Counted from the stretch's first letter, positions 22,819 to 36,427 are shown. The stretch is DNA of 64,000 nucleotides from Balanoglossus misakiensis (GCA_040954595.2 CM082597.2:3024265-3088264), one strand, 5' to 3'. The notes: generated by a model not told the origin, from the letters alone. Made by a program: numbers and translations.

Positions 22819-25800
22819 ACCACTTGGGAGATCACTCTCTGCACTGCTGGGTCGGTGGTGATGGTCGTTTCGGTGACTGGCTGCGGCGTTCCCGTGGGCG
22901 TCGGTTGCTGCAGTTGCAGCTGCGGTTGGAGAGAACCAGCAGCTGAGGCAGCCACAACAGCCGCTGGACCCGACACTGCAATCTGTGCCGGTATCTGGGC
23001 TTGCACTGTAATGGGAGCAGTCAAGGCATGCTGTGTGGCTAGCGTAGCCACTTGTATTGGAGTGGGCTGCGCCACAACTGCGACGACCGTGGGTGTGTGC
23101 GTCTGCTGACCAGCCATGTGCACTGATGTAGCCTGGGCCGCGGCTGCTGCTTGGGCGGCTGCTGCAGCAGCCTGCATTGGCTCCATGTGCTTCTTGCGAA
23201 CGTGGTCCATCATCTTGGCTTTGGAGCTGTACTGGCGAGGACAGTGAGCGCACGCGAAGTAGTGCGTTGTCGTCGTCCCTGCAGGCGCCGTATGGGTGTC
23301 GATGTAACCACCGTCCTCCGAGCTCTTGCTTTTGCGAATGCTCGGTGGCAGCTCGGCGCCCGGGTGGTTCTTGATGATATGTATCTTGCGCTTGCTGCTG
23401 CTCTTGTACACCTTGTCGCAGTAGTTGCAGAAGTAGTTGCGGTTGGGCTTGACGATGGGCAGGCTCAGCTCCGGCACGGTCTCCGGGCGGATCTCCGGAT
23501 GCCGCTTGGCCAGGTGGTTCACCAGCATTCCGCGGCGACGGAAGCCGATCAGACAGATGCGGCATTTGAAGGTGAACTGGTCGAGGTCTGTGGGTGGAAC
23601 CTTGGGCTTGAATGGCGGTTTCTTCGGGCGGTTGGCTTTCATGGCCTGCTTGGCTTCCCTCTCCGGGTTGTGCATCCGGAGCATGTGCTCCTTGAGTTTG
23701 TCTTTCCGCTTGAACTGTTTGCCGCAGTTGGCGCACAGGAAGTCTTTGCGGTCGGAGTGCCTCAGCATGTGGAGCTTCAGCTTGTCGGGTCTGGGGAATA
23801 TCTTCTCGCACTCCGGGCAGGGATACTCCTTGCTGGAATGGAACCCGCGGATGTGCTTCCTCACTTGCGGATACTCCGTGAAAGTCTTGCTACAGTGGGG
23901 ACAGTGGAATATCCCGTTCACGCTGTGGACCACCACGTGTTCTTTCAGCGAGTCGGTGCGGTCGAACCCCTCGTCGCAAAACGGGCACCTGTAGTACTTC
24001 TGGCCACTGTGTGTCTTCATGTGGCAGGCTATGGCGGAGTTATTCAGGAAACGCTTGCAGCAGATCTCGCACTGGATTGGTTTCTCGGACTCGCGGGAAT
24101 GCAGCTCCATGTGGCGGTCGAACTTGATTCTCTCGCGGAAGGGCTTGTTGCAGGTATCGCAGCGGTAAGCAACTCTCGCCAGAGAACGCCTCACCATGGT
24201 GGATTTCATCTTGGGTTTCCCATGCGCGGTAGCATGAATCGCCAGCAACTTCTGATCGTTGAACAGTTCATCACAGTCAGGACATCTCAAGTCGACTTTG
24301 TCTAGTTCATTCTCAGCTAGCTGCGGCACCGCTGATAGGCTACCAGGAACGTTTGCGTCGGTGGAACTTCCTGCTACTTGTTCGACCTGGAGAACGGCGG
24401 CCCGTTCCACATCGGCCATGATGTTTGTGCCTGCCTCCATGACGTCGTTTACATTGCCAGTGGAAACGGTCACCTGGCCATCGGCGTCAACCAGGGTTTG
24501 TACGGCCACAGGTACTATATCCTCGGGGAGGACAGCAGTCCCGTTCTGTACAGCCACAGCCGCAGATCCGTTCTGCGCTGCCGCAGTCGCCTCTTCCAGA
24601 CTATCGTTTTCATCTTGCGTGTGAGTCAACATGTGTAACGTCAGCAATCTAGCGCTTTCAAACTCCAGATCGCACTGGGAGCACGTCAAGTCACTCTCGC
24701 TTTCCCCGCTCTCTCCCCCGTCGCCGACTTTATCTTTGTACACCACGTTGCCGTCCTCATCCACGCTCTCCCCTCGCTCTTCGTGCCGACGCATGTGTCG
24801 CGTGCGGTTGTAGACGTGCGAGAACTTCTTCGCGCAGATCGGACAGGTGAAGTTTTTCTCTCCGGAATGCATCACTAGGTGGCGCTGTAGACTGTACGAT
24901 CTCGGGAATGTCTTGGCACAGATATTACACGAGAACGGTTCCTTCTTGCGGGCTCTTGCCCTCTGCACTTTGGCCAAAGCAACCTTCTTCTGAGTAAGAG
25001 TGCCATAGCGCCGTCGTCTTCCCCTTTTGCCCTTTGGTTTTGGTCTTGTGTGCAGAGCATCATGAGTGGCTAGATGTTTCTGTAGGAGTTCGGACGATCG
25101 GAATCGCTTTGGACATTCAAAACAGGGCCATGTATTCTCCTTGTCTTGCATTTCTGAAAAAATACAACAGTTTGAATTAATAATCTTTTTAAGAGTGTGT
25201 TCAGGTAAATTTGTTTCAAAGCCGAGCTTACAACAGCTTATAAGTGAGAACCACTGCAATGTCGCACAAACACGTAAATTAACTGTATGTACCTTGTAAT
25301 TCCTCAGCAGTGATTTCAAAGACATCGGCACCGACATACTCAGCATAGGACGCTGCGTACCAGACTCTCATTTCTTGCTTGGGGTCAATATTGCGGATAG
25401 TAGCAAAGAAGATGTGCCCGTTGTTCTGATAGGCTATCAGATTCTGCTCGCTGTGACAGGTTGCTGGACGCACAAACATCATCCAGTTGCTTTCGTTCTC
25501 ATCACCGGCGTCTAAATACACAGTGCCTCCATCATTACTCTGGAGCTGTAGAGAAAATCAACAACCAAGTCTTGTATTGTGAATTCGAATATGGTGTTCT
25601 ATGGTACAATAAAGATCTATATATACATGAAAGCTATGCTCGAACAGTAACATTTATTTTCTCAGTAAAATCGTACAAGATGCTCACATAACACGAACCC
25701 ATACTAGAAAATTCACTTCTATATTTGTATACCTTTGGGCTAAATTATTGAGTGTGAGTCAAGAGTGACCAAGGCCAGCTTTGGTCTGTACACAGAATTT

Positions 25801-28176
25801 TTTTAAACTGCTTTATTATATCACTACTCACCTTCCATGTCATTCCATCAATCGGAGCTATTGCTACCAGTTTTCCCTCCAGTGGGCCAAACTGTGTTTT
25901 CTTTGGAATGGCTCGCTTGGCAAACACACCTGTAAGTAGGGAATGTGTAAGAGTGTGTATATCAGTTCTATTGTTGATGTTTGTTTGTTTGTTTGTTTTT
26001 GGGGGGGGCTGGTTAAGTGACAATTTGGTTTGATTTTTCACTTTCCAAATTCCCTTCATACACGTAGATCTGGAAAATTTTCTGTGTATTTAGAAAATGT
26101 ATTGCGATCAAAAGTTGAAATGTACTTACCAACTTTGTCATCATCAACCTTGAATATCTGCAGCAGGTTAGGGAGGCTGGCTCTAGCTCTTGTCAATACC
26201 GGTTTGTCTGATATCGTCTGAAGAGCCCCATCTTCTCCAACTGTTGAAAAAAACACGAGAATTGTTACATCTTACATGTGATTCAACTGCTTAGCATTCT
26301 CAGTGTAATCAAAAGTAATTGAATGGTTAAAGCTGATGTATTTCCCTGTGATCGGGCTATGGTAAGTGAACTGAGATCAAAAACTTCCCAAGCATTATCA
26401 CAGGCGTTTAATTTCTGCCCATGAAATATCAACTCCTTGACTCAATGGGAATAAGCCAAGCAGAAACCACTGGGCATTTATACAACTATCTGATATTAAG
26501 ATTTTGCTCAAGGACACAACATCGCGGCCATGAAGTAACCAGCCTCAGATAGAAAATCCACAGCCATGTCCGTGTCTGGGAATTGAACCCACAACCCTAT
26601 GGCTGTAAGTCTGCTACCCTGACCACTGACGATATCTCCTGGAAAGCCAATACAAATGTACATTGTGTAAACAGACCACTGGATACACAGATGCTATACA
26701 CAATACTTACACAGCTCCTTTGTATCGAATGCCACTTTGACTTGCGCTTTCATATCACCTGATAGAACATCATCATCATCCTCGTCATCTTCATCCTCGT
26801 CGTCTTCATCCTCATCCTCCTCTTCTTCTTCATCAGTCTCCATGGCGATGTCTCTGCCAACATCTATGAGGTTGAGAAATACACATTAGCACTTCAATCA
26901 CTTTGAACTTGTGCTATACACGAATAAAGAAACGTTTCGAATTTTAGGACCATACTCACTCTGGGAACTGGTTCCTGGGACAGGCATGTTGCCATCGACC
27001 GCCATTTCAATGTCCGTTCTATGGAATGTCACAGGTGTCATCATTTCTACGTCGGTCGTGGTGGACGGTCCCACTGTTGGATCGCTGGGTTCGTCATGGA
27101 TGTGTGTTATGAGCGTGACACTGCTACCACTCACTGTTGATAAAATGCAGAAGAGGGAAATCAATACAGTATGTTGATTAATAAACAAATTTCCTATTAA
27201 ATGAATCAGCTGTATTACCTCAGCCTAGGTAAGTCCAATTTAGCACCCCACTGTTGAAAACCATTGCCATATACATAATAAATAAAAATCTACCTTTATT
27301 TTATCCAATAGTACAGTCTACATGTATCTATTACATTGGCACAAGTTACACAAGCAAAATTAGTTATTGTTGCTATGGTAATGACAATCCACACAAACAA
27401 ACGATTTTCACTAATAAACACTGAGGGCGCCATATCATGTAGATCCAGCGTCCACCTTTTACAGTGAGAATACCCACCGGGCTCTTGACCAGTTGCTTCG
27501 TTGTCATCGCTGGGTCCGATGCCGACACCCTCGGCTTCAGCAGACATTGTGGTCTCGTACTCCGTGACCGTGGATTCTGGCAAGCCACTTCCCGATGGTG
27601 CCGTGTCGTCCACCACTGCCATGGTCTCCGAGTGGTCGTACGCCTGTCCGCTGGGTTCAGGACCACTGCCATCATGGACTATGCCAGGACTGTAGCCAGT
27701 TGCCTGTGAATTCAACATACAAGCTTGTTAATACAGTACACACCAAGAATTAATCTCCTAATTTTGGGCTAACATTAAAGGTATACAGTCACCTCCAATT
27801 TACATACACCCATATATACATGTATGGCTGAAATGGCGCATTTGAGCATTCTAAAGAACATTTTTTCGCGTGTGCCACCCACTGAAAATCTGTGATTGGC
27901 TAGATCTCAATTTGCCATGGTAACTATAGCTAATTTTTCATAGGTGACCGTATACCTTTAACAATGCATTGAAATACTCAATGATCTCAGAAATGATCTC
28001 CCCATCAAGGACAGATATATACACAATGAAATGAAACTTACATGTACCTGCATTGCGGCCCCAGAGCTCGACACTGGCTCCATGTTCGCAGCGTCACCAC
28101 CGCCATGATGCACCGTGACTATACTGGCATGGGGCGGCCACACAGGTTGATTGTTGTCGCTGCTGCCTGGTTCCAT
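22281..28176 (-). CDS. PRDM10: PR/SET domain zinc finger protein 10; about 1338 aa, 8 coding exons
   Basis: Exons 28176-28048, 27703-27478, 27133-26960, 26863-26711 (acidic D/E run), 26240-26130 ([12 protein letters not shown]), 25929-25832 ([16 protein letters not shown]), 25545-25293 (NWMMFVRPA...EQNLIAYQ...[10 protein letters not shown]), 25153-22281. The last exon holds the C2H2 array with PRDM10-typical [30 protein letters not shown] and [17 protein letters not shown], a Q-rich tail and [14 protein letters not shown]. Confidence 0.93.
22376..22450 (-). repeat. Coding CAG/CAA polyglutamine tract in the PRDM10 C-terminus (second tract 22786-22817)
   Basis: Translates as [34 protein letters not shown]. 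Confidence 0.9.
26340..26630 (-). mobile_element. tRNA-derived SINE in a PRDM10 intron
   Basis: Minus strand reads agtggtcagggtagcagact (A-box-like)...gggttcaattccc (B box, 26578-26590), followed by gttgtgtccttgagcaaaa, a central motif typical of SINE conserved domains. The 3' boundary is approximate. Confidence 0.65.
27775..27961. mobile_element. Complete 187-bp MITE with TTAA ends (Kolobok/T2-like)
   Basis: Terminal inverted repeats ttaaaggtatacagtcacct ... aggtgaccgtatacctttaa (one mismatch), TTAA at both ends, and a second copy at 1-239. Confidence 0.85.
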
Positions 28177-29889
28177 TTAGACAGCAGATCAATTTTCCAT
28201 TTACCAACAACTGTGAAAATGACACAATAACAAAATACAGTTTAGGATAACCAGTATATGGAAAGACAAGGTACATGTATAGTGGCCTTCTTAGCCCATA
28301 TGATGCACTACTGACTCAAAAAACTCACTGGTGACTCAAGCAAATTATCCACACGACATGTAAAAGTATGGGGCCGAATAAGAGAATCTTATAAAAATCC
28401 TCAAATTGACTCAAGGCTTTCAAAATATTATGAAGTTGTTGGTAAATATTGAGGGGTCAGGTACATGTAGGCATATTCCTTTGTCTTTCATTTCACAAAA
28501 TATCATATCCAATTTAATCAAGGGTTTCAGAGAAGTAGTATTTTTATTTTTGTTCTGTAAAAGTTTTTTCTTGAATCAGAATGTGGCTAAAATATTAATT
28601 CTCTTTATTTTTTGTTTTATTTGTTAAGGGAAAACCAATATCTTTCAATACCTTCACATGCTTTGTTGATTCATTTTCACCCATGGCATAGCTATGGCAG
28701 TGTATGAAAAACCACACTTGATCTATTCACGTGTTTGTTTGGTTTTTATTTAAGTTTTAGAAAATACATGAATCAATCAAAAAGGCCTGCTTTAGCTCAT
28801 GGGTCTTCATACATGTACATTTCTATCATAACAAATACATTGTAACGCTGGTGTAATAGTTTTATTTCTTTGAAACGCATGTCAATCAATGTTGTGTAGA
28901 GCCCAGTTAGTCATTCTGGGAGTTGACCGGGAATGACACGCCTTCGAAATTCCCTAAACAGTGGACATACCACTGCACGTATCTACGAAAGGGACATAGC
29001 ATCAGCGACGCGGAGCAAGACGCACTGTGATCCGTTTCATTGAAATCGACAAACAAAATGGCGTCCAATCGCTTCGCGTCGATTACAAATGCCTGACCGG
29101 GTCATCATGACGTACGGGTCTTTCGACACCTTGTTTCGGAGGTGTCCGATTTTAAATCGGGCACGGAAATATCGACTTGTCAAGATAGACTGGTCGGTGG
29201 GAGTTCCGACTTGTCGTTGTGTCCCCTGTAGCCAAAGTGGTGTGAACTGCACATCATCAAAAGACAGCAGGACTGTTCCATCTTGAAAAACAACCTCAAC
29301 ATGGCCTCCGTTTTGACCAGCGTCTGCAGGGACGTACTCAAAGCCGAAAACGACAGAGAAAACTCACCAGAATCTCACTTTGTGAGCTAAAAACAATATG
29401 AACCACAAGAGGAGAGGGTTTTCACAGCAGATCGTCTCAAAATTAAGGAAATACAGCCCAACTTCGAACGACAACCGACTACGTGATTAGTTTATGCAAA
29501 TATGCCCAGCTCCCCCTTGTGTACAATGGTGGTCAAATAGTTTTAATAAAATTTTCGACTCCCAAACGGGCAAATCTAGTACAATTAGCCTTTTTCACAT
29601 TGTCCCATGTCGCTAAAATATTGTGAAAATTTTCAGAGCGCATCAATTCGCGCAGACACCAGATTTCCCCAAAATTGTGGAACCGTTCAGAACAAAGCAT
29701 AAATTTTCGGGTGGGTCCCACCCCCGGCGAGTGTGGGACAAGTTTTCACGCTGTCTACTCGGTATCTTGCATACAACGTCATTTTAAACGTATGGGTACA
29801 TAGCAATGGTTGTGACAGGGGGTGAAATTCAGCTGAAAGGTGTTAAACGTGTCAGAATTTTGAGAAAAATGGTAGGGGAAAAACTGGGA

Positions 29890-30340
29890 AAATTGCTTAC
29901 CTCTAGAACAGCGTTGTTTGCGCTATTGAACGAGCTGCGCACGCACGCTTGAAATGCGACATTTCATTGGTTCAATTTCAGTATTAATACAGTCACTGTT
30001 GCTCGATATCTTGCGTTATATGCCACTTTTCTGTTTTCTTTGCGCTAAAACATCTACATTTATCGATGTTTTCCAGTAAACTTTAGTTTCCTTTAATCAT
30101 GATTTTACTTCTGTTGAGTTTTTCAACCCTGTGTTGAAATTGACAAGCTTGTGGCGCGGCCAATCACATCACAGCTTGTAAACAGACCAAGCCATTAATA
30201 ATTATCTATTCAGCCCGCCACAGATAGAAGAAAGCCGCTTATTAACATAATCAATAGGAGGGACTGCATCATATCAACGGGATGTCGGGAAGATATCGCA
30301 CAGTAGCGATGAAACCAACTTTACACCAATCAGAGGGATG
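29890..30340 (-). promoter_or_regulatory. Probable PRDM10 non-coding first exon and promoter
   Basis: Minus-strand donor GAG|gtaagc at about 29900, an NRF1-like tgcgcacgcacgc (about 29937), CCAAT boxes (about 29965, 30158, 30326) and locally high CpG. The ATG exon has an upstream acceptor (about 28211), so a 5'UTR exon is needed. Confidence 0.4.
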
Positions 30341-30991
30341 GGTGAAATGACAGGAAGGTGGAAGCGAAAATTAAACATATTTTCAAGTCAGCAAATATTA
30401 ACAGAGTACATGTATTGTCCTATACTGACTAGCGGGCGATCTGGTTTAGTACAGAGGCCTATTGGGAAAAGTTGACAGGTCCTAAGCTTATGTCCGGGGC
30501 TTATGTAGGCCTAGGCCCTATACTTGATTGCGACCATGTTTAACTGTGAGACTGTAGATATTGCTAAGCCACATTACTGACACTTATGTCAGAATTATAT
30601 TATCATAATTAATTACGTTATCATGGAATTCATTAACACCTTTATTTAAAACATTAATCTGACGAAAATGACAACGTCCCTTAAAAATTAAACGACACAG
30701 GTCTTCACATACACTGCATTGCATACGTCCTGTTGGTTGTAAATTACACAGCACAAGAAAAGTCTACGAGACATGTGACTCTCACGTGACTCTGCAAGTT
30801 TCCATGCCATAAACGTAGACTTTACGACACAGTTCCCTGGCAACCAGATAGAGAGGTAAACAGTCGCCATAGCAACTACGTAGCTTGTCAAGTATCCTAT
30901 CGGAGTACCTGAGAGGAAAGAACGAAAGAAAATTGCTTCAGTGAAATGTGTTTGCGATACGTGTGCGGACGTGGGTTTTAACATTTGTTTC

Positions 30992-32130
30992 CTAGAATGC
31001 CAGAGAACCAGTTAACAGCGCTAACCTGCCAGCTATGACGTCAGCACTGAGCGGAATCATAAACTGTTGGGGAAACCTCTGTCGGTGGGCGCTAAAACTC
31101 CGGATGACATTATCAGTTGCCATGACACCACTCTTCCCCACGATGAGGTCGAACAACGGCAGCCAGAGAACGTCACTAGAGTCTAGTTTCTCGGCCAGTG
31201 CCACTATTTTACCGCCACCCATTTCCGAGAAACGGTACTTCTTCAAGTCCGCGGACGTCATTTGAGAAATTGTGACCTTTGACGGGTGGTCACTTGTACT
31301 CTCCAGACCGCATTTAAACGTCAAGTCGGCTTCTTCCAGAGAACAACTTCCCCCGTTCCAGTTTTCTGTCGTACCGACCACGGCACAGTTGACAAGATTT
31401 TCAGTACTAACCGGCATATTCTCTGGCAAAATATTATGCAGTTCCGCTGAAATTTTATAAGTTCTGCTGGAAAACTGGTCGAGATGCACTGCCATTCCCG
31501 TCTTGATGTTTTCTTTTGTAAGAATGACATCGTTTAGAATTTTTGCAGGGGATTTGATTCCTGATCTGAAATGGGAAAAATTTCTTGGTTTAGTTACAAT
31601 CAGAAGCACGCTTTAACTTATCACCAGATTTTACAGGGTTTTCGGAAACAACGATACCATCTCCAGATCATGGCAGTACCCATTTGTGTATTTCTTCGTA
31701 AGAAAGTGACACTTTACCAAGTTGAAATGCCATACAAACCCGTTTTTGCGGCTGTCGTCAAATTGCCAATGGCCATCGTAACACACAGCCGTTCCTTCGC
31801 TGAATTGAAAATTGTCTATGTCTTCATGAACCACGCTAACTTTACTCCTTGTAGGAAAGAAGCAAAACGTGATAAGCAGTCGCGAAATTCATCAGTTTGA
31901 AATACGTTCATCCTATAAATATGCACCAAATTGATGGATGTACGGACGGACGGACGGACGGACATTCAGACAAAAAAATGAGTCTTACATCATACACATA
32001 ACAGTGCAACAACTATCGCTTACCCGAAATTATATGACGTCGTCAGTACATGGTTTATGGGCTCACAGAAGTATACGACCAAACACAGCGTTGCAACTAC
32101 GATTATGAACATAATCGACCCAATTTTCAT
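30992..32130 (-). CDS. Uncharacterised protein with N-terminal signal peptide/anchor, about 280-300 aa, 3 coding exons
   Basis: Exon 32130-32024 (MKIGSIMFIIVVATLCLVVYFCEPINHVLTTSYNF, donor GG|gtaagc). Exon from 31847 (SKVSVVHEDIDNFQFSEGTAVCYDGHWQFDD...; donor uncertain, about 31680 or 31635). Last exon 31565-30992 (about 190 codons, GC-richer than flanks, stop TAG). No family recognised. Confidence 0.6.
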
Positions 32131-35100
32131 CTAAAGAAAGAATACAGCTAGTTTAATATATTTACCACGAGATCCTTCCAACTTTCTAACTAAATCTATC
32201 TGTCTGTCTGTATACATAATACATGTACAAAATTACCTTCAAAATTCGTATTGCAGCCATCATTCAAGTCGCAGAACCGGCAGAATCGATCGGCATGGAC
32301 TCGTGTCTTGAAATAGCCCTGCATAATAATTGAACTGTCATAAGGTCGGCAAATTGAGAAGCAACATGACGACAATGCCAATAAGTGAATGCTCGTTAAA
32401 GGTGCGCCTAACCTAAAAGAACTGGACGTGTACGCAGAAATCAGCGTCTATGGAAAAAATAATTTAATTAGTTTTTAAGTGGGCAATTCTTTAGTTTCTT
32501 AGCAGGAAAAATCATCCGTTTTGACTCGCGTTACTGGAGGTAATTAGATAAAGCCGCGGGCATTTATTTTGTTGCCGACAAGGCATTAATTTAAAAGGAT
32601 CAGTTTGTCAAAGAAAGACATTTTGACTCAGCGAACGACACATGACCTGTCGTCTAGATACCCAGAGTAGACCTTACTTGTTTACATATTTATTTATTTA
32701 TCTATTACACAATATAAATCCATCCATCCATACCATATTACATTCTAGGCGGAGTGTATATTCGATACAGACAGAACAGAGCACGTAACGAACCATGTGA
32801 GCGCAATACATCTCGAGAAATGATATGATATGATTTTTAAATGGTCAAACGTTTATCATTGAAACGTCAAAATAATCACAGCGTTTGTCACGTAATTGAA
32901 AAGCCTTGTAGCGTTCTTTGCGTGTATTCAAGACTGTTATCAATATGTCTGTCTGTATCTATGTCCGCATCACGGATAAGTGAACATTCGAACTCACAGC
33001 TATAGGTTTCACTTCCTAATCGTTCGGATGTGAGCTTTCACATTGTGTTTCTTTCCGCGTGTCTCACTCAAATAGCAACAAAAAGAATTCGATCTGGTGC
33101 TTAGCAACGCACTGAATTCTGCAAACTATTCGCACCCATAAAATTTCATTTACTTTCCCCACTTGTAAAAATACCACTAATGGAATTAGTTTGCAAGCAA
33201 ACACTTGAAACTGATATTACGCTTTATGGTGTCAAATAACAGTGGTTTTGATTACAGGAATTTGGGGCAGAAATTGTTGCAGACAGAAGGAACGAAGGAT
33301 TTCCTGACCGTCAGCAGCTATCCATGGTCACCAAAGCGATTGCGATCAGTCCAGATCTGCGCTCTTTATCAAGCAGCAATATTTTGTGGGACACACGGTG
33401 TTATGCATTTTCACAATATTTATCTTACTCAGAAGTATTATTCTACATATTTCACGTTGCGTTAGGCCGTTTTAATCCCCTACTCTTCTTGACAAGCAAA
33501 CGCATCATGATGTAAATGTCGTCTCAGGCATCACTCTCTCAATATTTGCGTTCGGAAAGGATACTTCGCACAGTAAAATTCAGCGTCAGAAACGCTAGAT
33601 ATTAAGAAATAAGCGGCGATTTATCCTACCTGCTTCCAAGGCACGCTCCCCTGACGACATGGAGCAATGGAAATAGATTTACCGACGCAAAAGTCCGGAA
33701 CTGTACAGTTTAATTAGCATGGCGTTATGAAAACCTTGCCGTATTTGTATTATATTACTTTACAAAGACGCAAACGATCTCAGCGCCGGTGTGCTGTTCT
33801 GACAAATAAGCTTCGCCCCTTCAAGTAAACGACTCGTTTAGATCTCAGTACTGTACAGCTCAATTGATTGTCAAGTTTGTCAGACATCTGGCAATATAGT
33901 TATTAATCTTCAAATATTTTGAGTTGATTATATGAATTAACCCTGCCTCAAATTGCATCCTACCCATCAGCAGCTCATCTTGGTCTTCGTGCACACCTGC
34001 ATCTGTGCAAGAGCCAGTTCTAGAGTGAATTGTGATGCATTAAGTTAACCATTCATCAACCTTAACTTATTTGCATGCAAATTCAGACATCACCACAATC
34101 TTTTTCACTGGCTTACTATAACACCATGAGCATTGCAAGCTATAATTACTATAATTATTAAGCTCGACCTTGATTTGTTGTGCTGGAGTTGGAAGGTTAA
34201 TTATGATTTCCCATATATGTATAGACTTTGTGCATACATTACATATGGATTTCTTTGCACTACACTATACTACTCTGCATTACAGTGCAATACAATACAA
34301 TATACTACACTACACTGCATCGCACAAGGCATAGTGGAAGGGCTAGTGGCATACATTTGTTCAAAAAGATCATATGTAAGTGTTAACACAACATTTTAAT
34401 AGGTAGCACTGAAGATTGGGGATGCATTCTTTACGCTAGGGGTGGAACACCACTGTTTGGCGCGACCAACACGAATCGATTGAATCGTTGGTAATGCGAT
34501 ATTTCCGCGCCGCAAGGAATCGATATCAACATATCGATAAACACAGACACACGGAAATAAGTGTTGGCCATGTTTAATCAGTGTTTGATATGCACTTAGG
34601 TAGACTCTGGATTCTTGTCAAATGTACACCAGCAAGTAGACACTGATGCCGATCGATAGTGTCGTGTTGTGAAATTTGAGTTTCAGACAGACGTGTATGG
34701 CTTCAGTAAACTGTAGTTTGTACCAGACATGTTCAATTGTAATGCGATTATGAAAGGCCTGTATGGTAAATATTTTAAAAACAATATTTGAATGTACGCC
34801 TGTCTGTTTCAAACAGTTACTGTCTGTCCATAATGTCAGTTGCCGTCTGTACCATCCATTTGTCCATTTCTCTCTCTCTCTCCATCCCCTCTCCCTTCTC
34901 TTCTCGCTTCCTGTGTCTCTAACTATATTTACAAGTTAAACCACAGTAAACCAAGTTGCCCTTTGGATAGTGCCTTCATGCTGATTTGTTTAGTATTAAT
35001 GGTGGACGACCGAGAGACACGGTGTCTAGGCAACCCTAAAGGTAAATCGAATGGTGATGTTTTCATGACATTTATATATGACAGTGCTGAATAGATCTTA

Positions 35101-36352
35101 GGCCCATGTTTGTCAAATTTTGGCCCAGCAATGGATTAAATGGATCTATATGACGATTCTGCTGCGACCCTCTTCAGTCGTTGCGGTGTGACCTGGTTTC
35201 AAACCTTTAACAAAATCATTCCTTTTCTCCGTCGATCTATAATTTCCCAGGTTGAATGGATTTTTGTTGTCGGCGAACCCACCAGCAAGGGGATGGCTCA
35301 CTAACCTCTTCAAGTGGAAAACATTGACATGTTCAGAAGTGCTTCCTGTCGAACAAGTTTAACGTCTGTTTTAGACAAACTAATATGCCTATTACATTTA
35401 GAATGCCACTGTTATTATTTTCGCCAATCATCAAAGATCATTTAAATGCATGTTGTGAGGACAGAACTGGTTGTGAAATAGAAAACATGTTACAATATTC
35501 ATAGATCCTCCAGGATCTATGATAAATTACATTACTATTACTCAAAAGACTGATGCCATACTTGCCAATACTTAAAAGGAAACATTCAATAAGATAAATT
35601 GGTTCATTTTCTGAATCAGAGGAATAAACGGACGTTGTTAACACTAATTACTGATACACATGGGGTCATCAATTATATAACCTAGCTGAAACTGAAAACA
35701 TCACAACAGATTCAGTATGTGCAGCATTTTGAAAGATAGTAATACCTCATTTAAATATGCAAATTAGTGACTGAAGTATGTATACAATCATTCGTCATCG
35801 ATTCGAATTCCCTATTGGACCTGCATAAATTACAAGACATGCACACCAGCATACATGACAACATTTGTGTCTGGTCATTTCCTGCGAATATTTTCTGTTT
35901 TCAATGATATTCGTCAGTTTGTTAATAATGGAGGCTACTTATATCCCGATGCAAGATAAAACGAATACGTAAAACAGCATGTGTGCAAAATGTTCGAGGG
36001 CGCAATGACTTTGTCAAATGTGCATGTTACTCGGCCGGCACAGAGCACATTTTGTGAAAGAGAAGTTACGACTTTATACAACAACCTTCATACATTATTT
36101 ATTTTATTTTTCAATTCCATTTAACTTGTCTCTGGATTATCAGAGAGTGCGATAAAGCACAGCAATACAATCGAAGTCCAACAACTGTGGCGTCCTTGAA
36201 GAAGAGGGAGAAAACATACTTCCCACAGGGGAAGAGCAATAATTCTTCCATTTGAATTTAAATCTTAACGTTTCTCAATTGGCGTGTCCCGAGTTCAAGG
36301 ATTTCCTGAGCGGAATCCCACCAAAGCTTATAATCTGCCACCTATATGTTAT

Positions 36353-36420
36353 TGTTAAGGAGCCTTCAGTATTTACAAGAGGTGGGCCGGGGGAATCAGG
36401 GGGTAGGTCACTTTTTACAA
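36353..36420 (+). mobile_element. Terminus of a dispersed repeat (PIF/Harbinger-type MITE end suspected); second copy 63928-64000
   Basis: tgttaaggagccttcagtatttacaagaggtgggccgggggaatca vs tgttagggagccttcagtatttacaaggggggatggaccgggggaatca. Confidence 0.6.
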
Positions 36421-36427
36421 ACCTATC

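Noticed and set aside
22051-24813. Long alternative-frame and antisense ORFs (586, 384, 198, 198, 185 aa) over the PRDM10 last exon
   Set aside because: Expected shadows of a GC-rich, CAG-rich coding exon; low-complexity translations with no domain signal.
26540-26630. tRNA gene
   Set aside because: A/B-box-like sequence is present but I could not fold a full cloverleaf, and it continues into a SINE-type body.
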